Virus record (IMG/VR): IMGVR_UViG_3300031521_000009
Length of the DNA: 64,000 bases
From: a virus
Strand: one strand, 5' to 3'
Each line of letters opens with the position of its first letter. Position 1 is the stretch's first letter. The position numbers were made by a program, and so were the translations under genes. Shown here one piece after another: positions 1 through 8,736 of the stretch. The notes below the pieces were generated by a model, which did not search any database, was not told the origin of the DNA, and saw only the letters and a list, made by a program, of their open reading frames with translations.

Positions 1-1342
1 TATCAGTATTTACTACCCAATTACCATAATTACCAAGATCATTGGAAAATTGAGAAAGTAATGTTGGACGATTACCAATTTCGGTCCATACATAAGATGG
101 TTTTACTGATTCTTTAGCCCATAAATATACATCACTTGCCGGCAAAGTAGTAGGATAATTTGGAAGTCCATAACCACTTGTTGTTGTTGGATGATTATCA
201 GTACTCCATTGTAATACATTAGAGACGTTTGAAAGACCTATATCAGACTTATTTAATACAACAGTACCTACATAACCATTTACAGAACTTACTGCATCTG
301 TGTTATCTACCTTGCCCCATACAGAACCATTTGCTATCAACCAATCTCCTACTTTCCATTCACTAATTGAACCCATAGTAGTAGAACCGGCTACAGATAC
401 TATATAATAATCACCATTTGAAGTTGGGGTTGATGGTAATGATGGTAATCCAGTTGACGCATCCCATAAACCTTTATAGTTTACTTGGCCCAATAAAGAT
501 ACTGGTATTTGAGATAATGGAATTTTTGTATCACTTCCTAATGTAGCTAATCCATTAGCAACACCCATCAATGAACTTGATAATTTATTATTAAAAGTAT
601 TCCAATCAGTAAAACTTAATGAACCTGTAGAATTTGTAGAAGAAAGTCCTAAAGATAATTCTTGTTCATCCAATGTAAGGCCATTAGAAGAACCCAAAGT
701 AAGTGGATTATGGTTTTTATAACTAAGCTTCTCTATTGCGCTTAAAACAGTGTCAGATGCGTTTACATTACCATCTGTTGCCACATACCCATTCAAGTAA
801 GTTCCAAGAACTCTATTAGTAGTAAAATAAAGATTATCTTCTTCAGTCACTTCGATAGTTGTATAATAAGGTTTAGAAACAGAAAGAGCCCAAGTAGGAA
901 TATTTGTTATTCCATAACCTTGGACTGTTGTTGGCTTATTTAATAAACCGGAGAATGATAATTCATGTACGTTACCAGTAGACTGAGAATGGTCATAAGC
1001 TATCTTACCTAAGTCACCATAATAAGCATTAGTATGTAATTCACCAAGAAGAAGATTTTGTTCCGGAAGTAATAAAACCCATTGACCATTTTTACGACCA
1101 TAAACTTGTTCATCAGGAGCATCACCGATACCACTAGTAAAAAATATATTTGAAGGTTCAATTAAGTATGAAATTTTAGTATCATGAACATCAATATCAT
1201 AATGTGGTGTAGACTCATCAATTATTACTTGATAAGTAACTACAACATTATTTAGATTCAATTCAAAAATTGATTCTTTTACATTAATATCCTCGGTGTT
1301 ATTACCACCAGTATTATTTACTAATATATCAAAAGTATCCAT
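1..1342 (-). CDS. Tail fibre protein (runs off left edge; absent from ORF track)
   Basis: Manual translation from ATG 1342 (MDTFDILVNN...) is open to the edge; foldon-like GDAPDEQVYGRKNGQWVLL, KPTTVQGYGIT and VSSVNGYVGTVVLNKSDIGLSNV fibre motifs. Confidence 0.85.
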   Translation of the reverse strand, partial: MDTFDILVNNTGGNNTEDINVKESIFELNLNNVVVTYQVIIDESTPHYDIDVHDTKISYLIEPSNIFFTSGIGDAPDEQVYGRKNGQWVLLLPEQNLLLGELHTNAYYGDLGKIAYDHSQSTGNVHELSFSGLLNKPTTVQGYGITNIPTWALSVSKPYYTTIEVTEEDNLYFTTNRVLGTYLNGYVATDGNVNASDTVLSAIEKLSYKNHNPLTLGSSNGLTLDEQELSLGLSSTNSTGSLSFTDWNTFNNKLSSSLMGVANGLATLGSDTKIPLSQIPVSLLGQVNYKGLWDASTGLPSLPSTPTSNGDYYIVSVAGSTTMGSISEWKVGDWLIANGSVWGKVDNTDAVSSVNGYVGTVVLNKSDIGLSNVSNVLQWSTDNHPTTTSGYGLPNYPTTLPASDVYLWAKESVKPSYVWTEIGNRPTLLSQFSNDLGNYGNWVVNTD

Positions 1343-1344
1343 TA

Positions 1345-1701
1345 TTATCTTATTGTACTAATTGGCAAGACTTCTCTTCTTCCTGGTGCAAAACCAGTAA
1401 TTTTTTTACCTGTTGAAAGAATGATATTAAAATCAAACTCATAATCTGCCGGTTCAGCAGTCATTTCATGTTCAGGAATAGTAATGATATTATCTGCTGT
1501 AGTAATAGTATTATCTGCTGTAGAATATTGTTTTCCTAATACATTACCATTCATCAAATTCATAACTATATTAGCGCCATCTAATACTACCGGTACACGT
1601 ATTTTTTGCCCAACATTATCTGGATCATCTATTAACGCATTTACTTCAATAGTCATTTCTGGAACTGTAGATTTATAATAAACTGGGTCAAGTACTAACA
1701 T
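1345..1701 (-). CDS. Putative fibre adaptor, BppU-like beta-sandwich protein
   Basis: 118 aa, beta-rich, YEFDFNII motif, directly upstream of the fibre gene. Confidence 0.5.
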   Translation of the reverse strand: MLVLDPVYYKSTVPEMTIEVNALIDDPDNVGQKIRVPVVLDGANIVMNLMNGNVLGKQYSTADNTITTADNIITIPEHEMTAEPADYEFDFNIILSTGKKITGFAPGRREVLPISTIR

Positions 1702-1706
1702 AATAA

Positions 1707-2381
1707 TTATTTGTTTGCTCGTGGAAATTCATCAGTAATCGTAATCTTTGATACTTCTTTTTGGTTCTCAAACATTGTGGCCGAAGAACGTTTCTTAATG
1801 GCATCTTTATTTACATTTGCCAAAACCTTATTATAATAATCATACAAATCACTGGCTTGTTTTAAAGCATCAAGTCGTTCTTTTGTATTTGGGATTTCTA
1901 TCTCAACATCATGAACTCGGTCAATCATTGACTCACCATCTTCATCAAGTTCTTTATGTGTAACCTTAATTTTCTTTTTAATCATATGAGGCATCTTTTG
2001 TACTACCTCAGAAAACATATCAATATCTTCTTTTAGTGTATCAAGTAATATCTCATTACGTGTTCTTGAAAATTTAAGGTACCCGGCAATACATTTTTGT
2101 ACCCATTCATTCTCTTCAAAATCACTTACTTTTTTATAAGTCCCGGTATGACTTTTTACCGCTTGTGACCTACGTTGTTGCAAAGGTTGATTATGAAGGT
2201 AGGAACGCTCTTCTCCAAAGACTTTGTATACATAATAGATATAAGCCATGGCCTTATAAAAAAAGACCTTATTTGTACTTGTATCATAACGTTTAAAATC
2301 TCTAAACTCTGGCATTTGCATTGCCATATCAGTAACTTTTATTACCGATTCTTCAAGATATAAAAAATCTTCTACTTGCAT
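1707..2381 (-). CDS. Conserved crAss-like hypothetical protein (possible small terminase-like)
   Basis: 224 aa; PEFRDFKRYDTSTNK...AMAYIYYVY resembles a motif I recall from crAss-like late genes; function is inferred. Confidence 0.45.
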   Translation of the reverse strand: MQVEDFLYLEESVIKVTDMAMQMPEFRDFKRYDTSTNKVFFYKAMAYIYYVYKVFGEERSYLHNQPLQQRRSQAVKSHTGTYKKVSDFEENEWVQKCIAGYLKFSRTRNEILLDTLKEDIDMFSEVVQKMPHMIKKKIKVTHKELDEDGESMIDRVHDVEIEIPNTKERLDALKQASDLYDYYNKVLANVNKDAIKKRSSATMFENQKEVSKITITDEFPRANK

Positions 2382-2384
2382 TGT

Positions 2385-2672
2385 TTAATATGTTTTATAA
2401 ATTCCTTCTCGATTAATAAACATCATAGATTCCAAAACACCTTTTAAAGCAACATCTAAAGGTATAAGTTCTTTTGAATGCATTATTTCTGTCTCAGTAA
2501 TATTATTAGAAACATGTTTTACTTTAATACCTATTAATCTACTTACACGAATAGAACTTCCATTCTTATCTTTTATCTCTTTGCTTTTGAAAATAGCATG
2601 GTCAACTACAAAGACTTTTTCTAAATTTGTGATATTCACTACAGGAATACCTGGCTTTATCCAATTTGACAT
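2385..2672 (-). CDS. Hypothetical protein
   Basis: 95-aa ORF with its own TATCTTTG promoter, tightly packed. Confidence 0.7.
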   Translation of the reverse strand: MSNWIKPGIPVVNITNLEKVFVVDHAIFKSKEIKDKNGSSIRVSRLIGIKVKHVSNNITETEIMHSKELIPLDVALKGVLESMMFINREGIYKTY

Positions 2673-2696
2673 ATATTAGTTTTTAAATGTTATGTG

Positions 2697-2704
2697 CAAA
2701 GATA
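2697..2704 (-). promoter_or_regulatory. Bacteroidota sigma-A -7 element TATCTTTG
   Basis: Matches TAnnTTTG, about 25 nt upstream of ATG 2672. Confidence 0.7.
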
Positions 2705-2718
2705 TAAATTGTTTTTGC

Positions 2719-2755
2719 AAAAAAGAGAAGATAGTATTTAAACTACCTTCTCTTT
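2719..2755 (-). terminator. Intrinsic terminator after SSB-like gene
   Basis: Minus strand reads AAAGAGAAGGTAGT-TTAAAT-ACTATCTTCTCTTT-TTT. Confidence 0.75.
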
Positions 2756-2761
2756 AACATG

Positions 2762-3190
2762 CTAAAATGGAAGGTCCGAACCTTCACCACTACCTACTGG
2801 AATACCACCAGTAACAAATGGTTTTGCTCCACCACTATTTTCATTAGGATAAATAACAGCACCGGCCGGTGGCATCATACTATTACTTTCTGGAATAGGC
2901 ATACCAGGAACATCTGCCGGCACTTCCGGTTTCTGTATGGAAACAATAGTAAGTTCATTGAAATACTTATCTTGCCATGGCTTACCCTTTGTCTCAATCT
3001 CACAATCAATATGCAATGTAGGATTGGCCAAGAAATATTCATGGATGTCAGTAAAACACTTTACACTAAACTCAACATTGTCAATCACACTTTTCACAAT
3101 CCATGTACCAATTGTATAAGGACCATTTTGACCTTCTCCATCATAATTATGGAAATTCTTTACCAACGCTATTCTTTGTACTACTTTCAT
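2762..3190 (-). CDS. DUF3127-family ssDNA-binding (OB-fold) protein
   Basis: KGKPWQDKYFNEL motif, Pro/Gly linker and SSB-type C-terminal tail SDLPF. Confidence 0.75.
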   Translation of the reverse strand: MKVVQRIALVKNFHNYDGEGQNGPYTIGTWIVKSVIDNVEFSVKCFTDIHEYFLANPTLHIDCEIETKGKPWQDKYFNELTIVSIQKPEVPADVPGMPIPESNSMMPPAGAVIYPNENSGGAKPFVTGGIPVGSGEGSDLPF

Positions 3191-3936
3191 CTCTTTGTTC
3201 TATTTGTTCTCCTTTTGGTTCTATTTTGAAATACCATTCTTTTCTCACCATTCTCAACTACCGTATTCCATTCCCAACGATAACGCATTACTTCATAACC
3301 ATAGTTTACTGACAGAAGCAAATGGAATAGCCTATAAGCCTCGATTGGAACCGAAACAGTACCATGGTTCAATAAAGTAATCAACCACGTAGAAAGCATG
3401 TGTGAGTTGTTTATCTGACGTTCATTATCCTTATCAATATCACTCATTATTAAATCAGGGACAAATACCGGAGTAGTCAACAAACCACTAATGATTTGTT
3501 CTTTTTCCAATAAGTTTTCAGATAATGATAAGTTAGTTGCAAACGCCTCAGAAAACTGCCTTTGAGAAGTAGATAATAAATTCTGCAAACTCAATAGAAC
3601 CTTACCTAAATCATCTCTTGAAAAATAAACATCTCCTTTTTTGATACTGTCAATAAAATCTTCTACAGATTCTTTTATAGAAAGAAGACCATCTTCACTA
3701 CTAGAATAAAATTCAATTCTTACACGATAATCAGTAAACTTGATTAAACGAATACCATTAAACTTTTTTACAAAAGTACTTTCAGTAGAACTAAATACTC
3801 TACCACACTTTTGACAACTATACAAATAACTCTCATTACCCCGTGCATCTACTATACTACCATGGAACAATGAACCTCGCGTATCACAACGCCTTACTAA
3901 GCACTTAATAAATGCTCCTAATGAACGATCACTCAT
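3187..3936 (-). CDS. Hypothetical protein with N-terminal Zn-ribbon
   Basis: 249 aa, CQKC motif, upstream TATCTTTG promoter, overlaps the next start. Confidence 0.65.
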   Translation of the reverse strand: MSDRSLGAFIKCLVRRCDTRGSLFHGSIVDARGNESYLYSCQKCGRVFSSTESTFVKKFNGIRLIKFTDYRVRIEFYSSSEDGLLSIKESVEDFIDSIKKGDVYFSRDDLGKVLLSLQNLLSTSQRQFSEAFATNLSLSENLLEKEQIISGLLTTPVFVPDLIMSDIDKDNERQINNSHMLSTWLITLLNHGTVSVPIEAYRLFHLLLSVNYGYEVMRYRWEWNTVVENGEKRMVFQNRTKRRTNRTKR

Positions 3937-3962
3937 AAATTATTCTCTTTAAAATTATACCC

Positions 3963-3970
3963 CAAAGATA
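3963..3970 (-). promoter_or_regulatory. Bacteroidota -7 element TATCTTTG at the head of the minus-strand block
   Basis: Consensus match about 27 nt upstream of ATG 3936. Confidence 0.65.
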
Positions 3971-4185
3971 ACTAATAAAAAAACAACTACCTAGTAATAA
4001 TACTATTATAAATTACCATTAACATCACAACCATTCCAACGAAGAACATATCCTACACTACCATATACAATATACAAGCCCCCCGTATACCCACTACCAA
4101 ATTACGAAAGCCTTGGATACTCTCTGCTAACTCCCCCCGGTTAGACGTATAAAAAAATTAATTACAAATTAAAAACAAAATTATT

Positions 4186-4548
4186 ATGAGCAAATTATTG
4201 TACAAAGCAGACAAAGCTGCTGAATTGAAATTCGACCTTAGTGACATCGTGCCAACATCATTTGAAATCGTTGGACAATTCTATCGTGACGGAAGTCAGA
4301 AGACTGCTGCCGGCAAGTTGGTAAAGATTGAAGCAGATGATGCTGATGTATCTAATCCAAACTTACGCATCTGGTGTAACATGGCTATCGCAGGAATGAC
4401 TGACAACTTCTCTCAAGAAGTGACACGCATGAACTCATGTGGGTTCGAGTCAGTGATTGACAAAGATCAAGCTGCTAATGGTATCATTAAACTTAAAGCA
4501 GGTGCTAAGATTAGCTGCTTAGGTGGTGTAATCAAATACAGCATGTAA
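4186..4548 (+). CDS. Hypothetical protein, first gene of the plus-strand block
   Basis: 120 aa, A-rich leader, followed by a terminator. Confidence 0.8.
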   Translation: MSKLLYKADKAAELKFDLSDIVPTSFEIVGQFYRDGSQKTAAGKLVKIEADDADVSNPNLRIWCNMAIAGMTDNFSQEVTRMNSCGFESVIDKDQAANGIIKLKAGAKISCLGGVIKYSM

Positions 4549-4555
4549 GAACAAC

Positions 4556-4585
4556 AAAGGGAGATGTAATGTCTCCCTTTTTTTT
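4556..4585 (+). terminator. Intrinsic terminator
   Basis: AAAGGGAGAT-GTAAT-GTCTCCCTTT followed by a T run. Confidence 0.85.
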
Positions 4586-4696
4586 AAATACTATTACCTC
4601 GAAATACTTACTTGCTAGAGTTGTTGCGGACTGGCTTGTTTAAGTGATTCCTACGCACGCATTACTATTATTATACACACACTAATACTTATCATT

Positions 4697-4870
4697 ATGA
4701 AACCTTCTAAACATATCATTGAGCATATTATATATGCCTTTATATTCGGTGTTGCATTTATATTCTTTGCTACTCATACATATATATATGGTAGAGCAAT
4801 TCTTATTGGTGCATTGTTCTTCTTTGTACTACATGTGCATGAAGCAATAGAACATTATAAGAATAGATAA
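4697..4870 (+). CDS. Small two-TM membrane protein (57 aa, below track cutoff)
   Basis: MKPSKHIIEHIIYAFIFGVAFIFFATHTYIYGRAILIGALFFFVLHVHEAIEHYKNR. Confidence 0.65.
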   Translation: MKPSKHIIEHIIYAFIFGVAFIFFATHTYIYGRAILIGALFFFVLHVHEAIEHYKNR

Positions 4871-4876
4871 TACTAC

Positions 4877-4963
4877 TAATTGATGGCGTTACTCGTGAGA
4901 GTAGATGCATTTGATTCTATCGGTACCTCATTTCACCCAACAAGGTGCAGAAGCCATCAATTA
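4877..4963 (+). ncRNA. Candidate structured RNA (three-way junction)
   Basis: 11-bp closing stem TAATTGATGGC/GCCATCAATTA, TACTC-GTGA-GAGTA GNRA hairpin, TGCATTT/AGGTGCA stem. Confidence 0.5.
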
Positions 4964-4971
4964 AATCTATT

Positions 4972-5460
4972 TCAATAACCTTGATTATCTTTTAATATCT
5001 TACCAAAGTAATCAATCCATTTAAGTCTATAAGGTTTGTTGATATGTTTATTCTTATACATTGTCAACTCCTCATATGTCTTAGTAGAATAGAACTCTTT
5101 GTATTGACTCATTGCTAATGTATCATCATCTAATTTTTCTTCTATTGGTTGAATAACAACTTGGTCGTTATTTGTCATTATGACAATATTATTGGCTATT
5201 TGTTGTCTAGGTTCATCAATAGACTTATTTATCACTGGTGGAATAGCATCATGCTTATAGTTCTTTTCTTTATCGGATTGATAGTATTCAACACCTACAT
5301 AGATAGTATAAATACCTGATTGATACATTCCTATATCATTGTATTTACGTATTACAGTACTCAATGATACTTCTAAGAATAATGCTAAGTCTGTTTTAGA
5401 TTTAATACAGACGGCTATATTCGTTTCTCTGTGAATTACTATTGCCAATTTCTTTGCCAT
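4972..5460 (-). CDS. Hypothetical protein with possible N-terminal HTH
   Basis: KSKTDLALFLEVSLSTVIRK is HTH-like; start moved to MAKKL, downstream of promoter 5489-5496. Confidence 0.65.
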   Translation of the reverse strand: MAKKLAIVIHRETNIAVCIKSKTDLALFLEVSLSTVIRKYNDIGMYQSGIYTIYVGVEYYQSDKEKNYKHDAIPPVINKSIDEPRQQIANNIVIMTNNDQVVIQPIEEKLDDDTLAMSQYKEFYSTKTYEELTMYKNKHINKPYRLKWIDYFGKILKDNQGY

Positions 5461-5488
5461 AATGAAATGTTTTAATGGATTTATTACG

Positions 5489-5496
5489 CAAAGATA
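5489..5496 (-). promoter_or_regulatory. Bacteroidota -7 element TATCTTTG
   Basis: Consensus match about 29 nt upstream of ATG 5460. Confidence 0.7.
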
Positions 5497-5528
5497 ATTA
5501 TTATTATTCATTCATAAACTATACAATC

Positions 5529-5807
5529 ATGCAAACATTTAATTCTAGAACAACTCAAATACTGTTGTTATTTTCATTGATAATAATACTTATTATCACT
5601 TTTGTATCAGTAACTTACAAGGTAGAAACACCACGTAAACAACCTCTGAGAATCGTACAGAACATTGTAATAGACATTGTGCCTTCAAATATAGAAAAGG
5701 ATATGTCATACATTATTATCCAAGATAAGCGCTCTGGACAGCTAAATATAGAGTCTGTTGGCAACGAACAACTACAATATTTCAAGGTAGGTGATACGCT
5801 ACAATAG
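5529..5807 (+). CDS. Membrane-anchored hypothetical protein
   Basis: N-terminal TM (ILLLFSLIIILIITFVSV) and C-terminal FKVGDTL. Confidence 0.7.
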   Translation: MQTFNSRTTQILLLFSLIIILIITFVSVTYKVETPRKQPLRIVQNIVIDIVPSNIEKDMSYIIIQDKRSGQLNIESVGNEQLQYFKVGDTLQ

Positions 5808-6116
5808 GCTACAGTAAAGGGTTTCAGAGCTTTTGAACACCCTCTGTACACTCCTATTCTCTGCTATTGCTATCTATAGTCTCTCTTAGTATATAAAGCT
5901 TATAATGCGTTGAATTCGTCGTTATATGTATTAGTACGGTTTATTGAGATATAGTGGTGGCATTGGTGAGTTGGTTGTATTCCTTAAGTATTCATTTCTT
6001 ATAATAGAGTATAGTGTGTTGAATCTATTGGTCTACATTATATTAGATTATTTGATAGTGGTTGTGATTGGTGTAATCCGGTGTATCAGATACTATATAA
6101 TATTGTAAGATTTGAT

Positions 6117-6124
6117 TACTTTTG
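6117..6124 (+). promoter_or_regulatory. Possible -7 element TACTTTTG for the early operon
   Basis: TAnnTTTG in the non-coding gap, followed by the repeated GGCTTGTTTAAG motif. Confidence 0.4.
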
Positions 6125-6289
6125 CGGGCTTGTTTAAGCTACTTTCTTTTATTGATATGATACATAGTGTCATTCTATTGCTATTCGTTCAACAGTGAGC
6201 TTTCTATGCGTTGAAATGACGTGTGTGGTTAGTGTGAATGATAGCTTATTTGCTATATATATAATTTAAAACTACAAAAACTTATTATA

Positions 6290-6763
6290 ATGGAAAAAAT
6301 AAATACAATAATTGAAATAAAGCATTTTATTGAATGTCCATATTGCCATAATTCAAAAAACAGAATCGACCACTTATTTAATGAAGAAGGAAAAGAAATT
6401 AGTTGGGGATATTGGTATTGCGATGAATGTGGTGGTGGTTACAAAGGAATAGTAAAAGGTAAAGAAGTTTTTATTGAAAAAACAATAAAAAGAAAAGACG
6501 ATTCTATTATTTTTCTTAAAAATGGAAACATATTACTTGCTATAAAAGGAATGTATTTTAATGGTAATCATGATATAGAAAATGATAGATATTTTTATGA
6601 AGAACATACTTGTCCAATAAATTATTTAAAAAATGTAGAAATGATTATTAATTTAGAAGATGATAATATTGATCCACATGGTATTTTTAAATTTATTACT
6701 TCTATACCATATATTAATTTAGAAAACGTTGAAGATATTAAAACATTATTACCCTCTTTTTAG
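6290..6763 (+). CDS. Zn-ribbon hypothetical protein
   Basis: CPYC...CDEC; very AT-rich. Confidence 0.75.
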   Translation: MEKINTIIEIKHFIECPYCHNSKNRIDHLFNEEGKEISWGYWYCDECGGGYKGIVKGKEVFIEKTIKRKDDSIIFLKNGNILLAIKGMYFNGNHDIENDRYFYEEHTCPINYLKNVEMIINLEDDNIDPHGIFKFITSIPYINLENVEDIKTLLPSF

Positions 6764-6843
6764 CATAAATATAGCTCATTTCTATTATTGTCTATTTATT
6801 CCTTTATATAAACTATTTATTATTCATTTAAAAACAAATTCTT

Positions 6844-7086
6844 ATGAAAACAGGTGACTTAATTATTTTGAAAGAAATCTACATCAATGGATGTGGTAGA
6901 GATTATCCAGCAAATTCTATTGGTACATTAGCTAGTGTAGTACCAGATAGTGATGGTGATTTACGTGTTGTATTTGCAATACATAGTAATGGTAATTATA
7001 CTTATGTTCCAGCTGATAAAGTAAAATTAATCCCAGAAGATAGTATTACAAAAGCTAAAGATATTTGCGAGAATGCTGTGCTCTAA
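6844..7086 (+). CDS. Hypothetical protein (SH3-like)
   Basis: MKTGDLIILK start, small beta-rich ORF. Confidence 0.65.
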   Translation: MKTGDLIILKEIYINGCGRDYPANSIGTLASVVPDSDGDLRVVFAIHSNGNYTYVPADKVKLIPEDSITKAKDICENAVL

Positions 7087-7435
7087 CGACCCAATCATTA
7101 TGCTACTGTATCTCCTTATGGGATTTGCAGTAGCTGCTCTTGCTCTTTGCTTTCAGCATATACAAGAGCCTGGAATGATATTCGACTGGTATCATGACTG
7201 GTTATACAAATACGTGCGATATAAGCGACTTTTATCTAAGTATGGTAAGAATATACGTTTTATATCTTTTATGGCCTATATAGCAAAGCCATTGGGCTTA
7301 TGTCCCTATTGTAATGGGATATGGATTGCTATCATCACTTACTTGATTGCTTTTGGATTCTATTGGGATATATTTCTATTCATTGGCATATCATGGTTCT
7401 TTATTCGATTTATTCAACAAAACAAAATCATTTGA
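7073..7435 (+). CDS. DUF1360-like membrane protein
   Basis: Several TM segments and KPLGLCPYCNGIW motif. Confidence 0.6.
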   Translation: MLCSNDPIIMLLYLLMGFAVAALALCFQHIQEPGMIFDWYHDWLYKYVRYKRLLSKYGKNIRFISFMAYIAKPLGLCPYCNGIWIAIITYLIAFGFYWDIFLFIGISWFFIRFIQQNKII

Positions 7436-7436
7436 T

Positions 7437-7652
7437 ATGATCATTAATAATATACAACAAGTTTATGATATTGTTGGTAATGAAATAATGTTATCCGGGT
7501 TAAGTAATAGTCAAATAGCAACGAAAGCTGGAGTAACTGAAAGTATGGTTAGTTCAGTAAGAGGTGGAAGATATATACAAGTTAGTTTTGAAAAATTCAT
7601 TGTGATTTGTAAAGCTTTAGAAATTGAACTTCAAATTAATATTAAAAAATAA
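7437..7652 (+). CDS. XRE-family HTH regulator
   Basis: GLSNSQIATKAGVTESMVSSVRGG...ICKALEI. Confidence 0.8.
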   Translation: MIINNIQQVYDIVGNEIMLSGLSNSQIATKAGVTESMVSSVRGGRYIQVSFEKFIVICKALEIELQINIKK

Positions 7653-7656
7653 TAGT

Positions 7657-7935
7657 ATGCTTGAAAATAAAGGAATAGAAGATAAAATCTTCTACATGCA
7701 CAATAACAAGATTGAACATAAAGCAATCTTAGGTATATCAACATATGTTGGTAAATGTGAAGTATTAATGAGTAGCAATAAAATTGTTCCAGAAGGTGAA
7801 TTTCTTGTTATTTATCACATGGGTTCATATCAAGAAATTGATGCAATAAATGCTTATGATACTCTTGATGATTTAATGCAAAGTCTAACAACACCATTAA
7901 ACTTACCAGATGGCATACAAAGTAGAGAATCCTAA
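7657..7935 (+). CDS. Hypothetical protein
   Basis: Tightly packed ORF starting MLENKG. Confidence 0.65.
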   Translation: MLENKGIEDKIFYMHNNKIEHKAILGISTYVGKCEVLMSSNKIVPEGEFLVIYHMGSYQEIDAINAYDTLDDLMQSLTTPLNLPDGIQSRES

Positions 7936-8176
7936 AGGATTTAAAGTAATAAACACTACAGCTGTTGAATGCCTAAAATGGGGTGGATTTGGTGTATGTG
8001 ATCATTGTAATCAATCTTCTAATGAAGGTCGATTTATTGCAGTTCTAAATCATTGGGTATGTCCTGAATGCTTTGATAAATGGCTTAAACGTGCTGTTGT
8101 CTATGAAGAGGACAAACCTTATGAGACTAAAGTATTTAATCGCTATGCCAAATTGCTTGGCTTACCGATTGAATAG
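7910..8176 (+). CDS. Zn-finger phage protein
   Basis: CDHC...VLNHWVCPECF. Confidence 0.75.
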   Translation: MAYKVENPKGFKVINTTAVECLKWGGFGVCDHCNQSSNEGRFIAVLNHWVCPECFDKWLKRAVVYEEDKPYETKVFNRYAKLLGLPIE

Positions 8177-8258
8177 TGATTGGAATAGCTTGGATAATTA
8201 TCTCGTATCTAGTCGTGTAGAATAATGACAAATAATTATTAGGTAGCTAACAATTACA

Positions 8259-8339
8259 GGGAGTGTAGCTCATCAGATAGAGTTTACTGCATAGAAATAT
8301 GTGTTGTAAGGGTCGGAGGTTTAAGTCCTTCCACTCCCA
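8259..8339 (+). ncRNA. tRNA-like RNA 1 (anticodon loop replaced by a GAAA-capped extended hairpin)
   Basis: Acceptor GGGAGTG/CACTCCC, D stem GCTC/GAGT, T arm GGAGG-TTTAAGT-CCTTC; central arm TTAC..GCATA-GAAA-TATGT..GTAA. Confidence 0.75.
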
Positions 8340-8364
8340 CAAATATTAATAAAAACTATTTATA

Positions 8365-8658
8365 ATGAGAAATTTGAATAAGATTGTTTCTATTGTATTA
8401 AAAATGATAGAGAATAATGAATGCGAAGATTTGACTAATGAAGAATTAGAACAAATATCAATACTCATTCATAGACCTACCACAATGGGTCGAGAAGATG
8501 CTGCTAAGTTTATGGGAGTATCTTTGACTAGGTTTCATGAATTAAAAGATTATGGTATAATACCTGAACCACGTAAAGTAAAAGGATTTCGTGAAAAATC
8601 ATATTATGTTTCAGATTTAAAAAAAGCATTAGAATTAAAGAAACAACTAAAGCTATAA
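8365..8658 (+). CDS. Excisionase/AlpA-like winged-HTH DNA-binding protein
   Basis: MGREDAAKFMGVSLTRFHELKDYGIIPEPRKVKGFREKSYYVSDL. Confidence 0.8.
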   Translation: MRNLNKIVSIVLKMIENNECEDLTNEELEQISILIHRPTTMGREDAAKFMGVSLTRFHELKDYGIIPEPRKVKGFREKSYYVSDLKKALELKKQLKL

Positions 8659-8688
8659 AATTCATTAGTCCTAGATTACAGTAGTATA

Positions 8689-8719
8689 TAATTTTGAGGT
8701 GTCAACAATTCAGTTGGCA
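8689..8719 (+). promoter_or_regulatory. -7 element TAATTTTG plus 5' UTR hairpin for the QCCC operon
   Basis: TAnnTTTG with no -33 TTTG; hairpin TGTCAAC-AATTCA-GTTGGCA. Confidence 0.55.
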
Positions 8720-8736
8720 ATTAAAAACTATATATT

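Noticed and set aside
4877-4963. Hammerhead ribozyme
   Set aside because: No CTGANGA/GAAA core
8283-8298. tRNA-Cys(GCA) reading of element 1
   Set aside because: Needs an A-G closing mismatch, takes D-stem bases, and leaves an unpaired long variable region
8365-8658. Integration/excision module with a tRNA att site
   Set aside because: No integrase and no duplicated tRNA 3' end seen in the window
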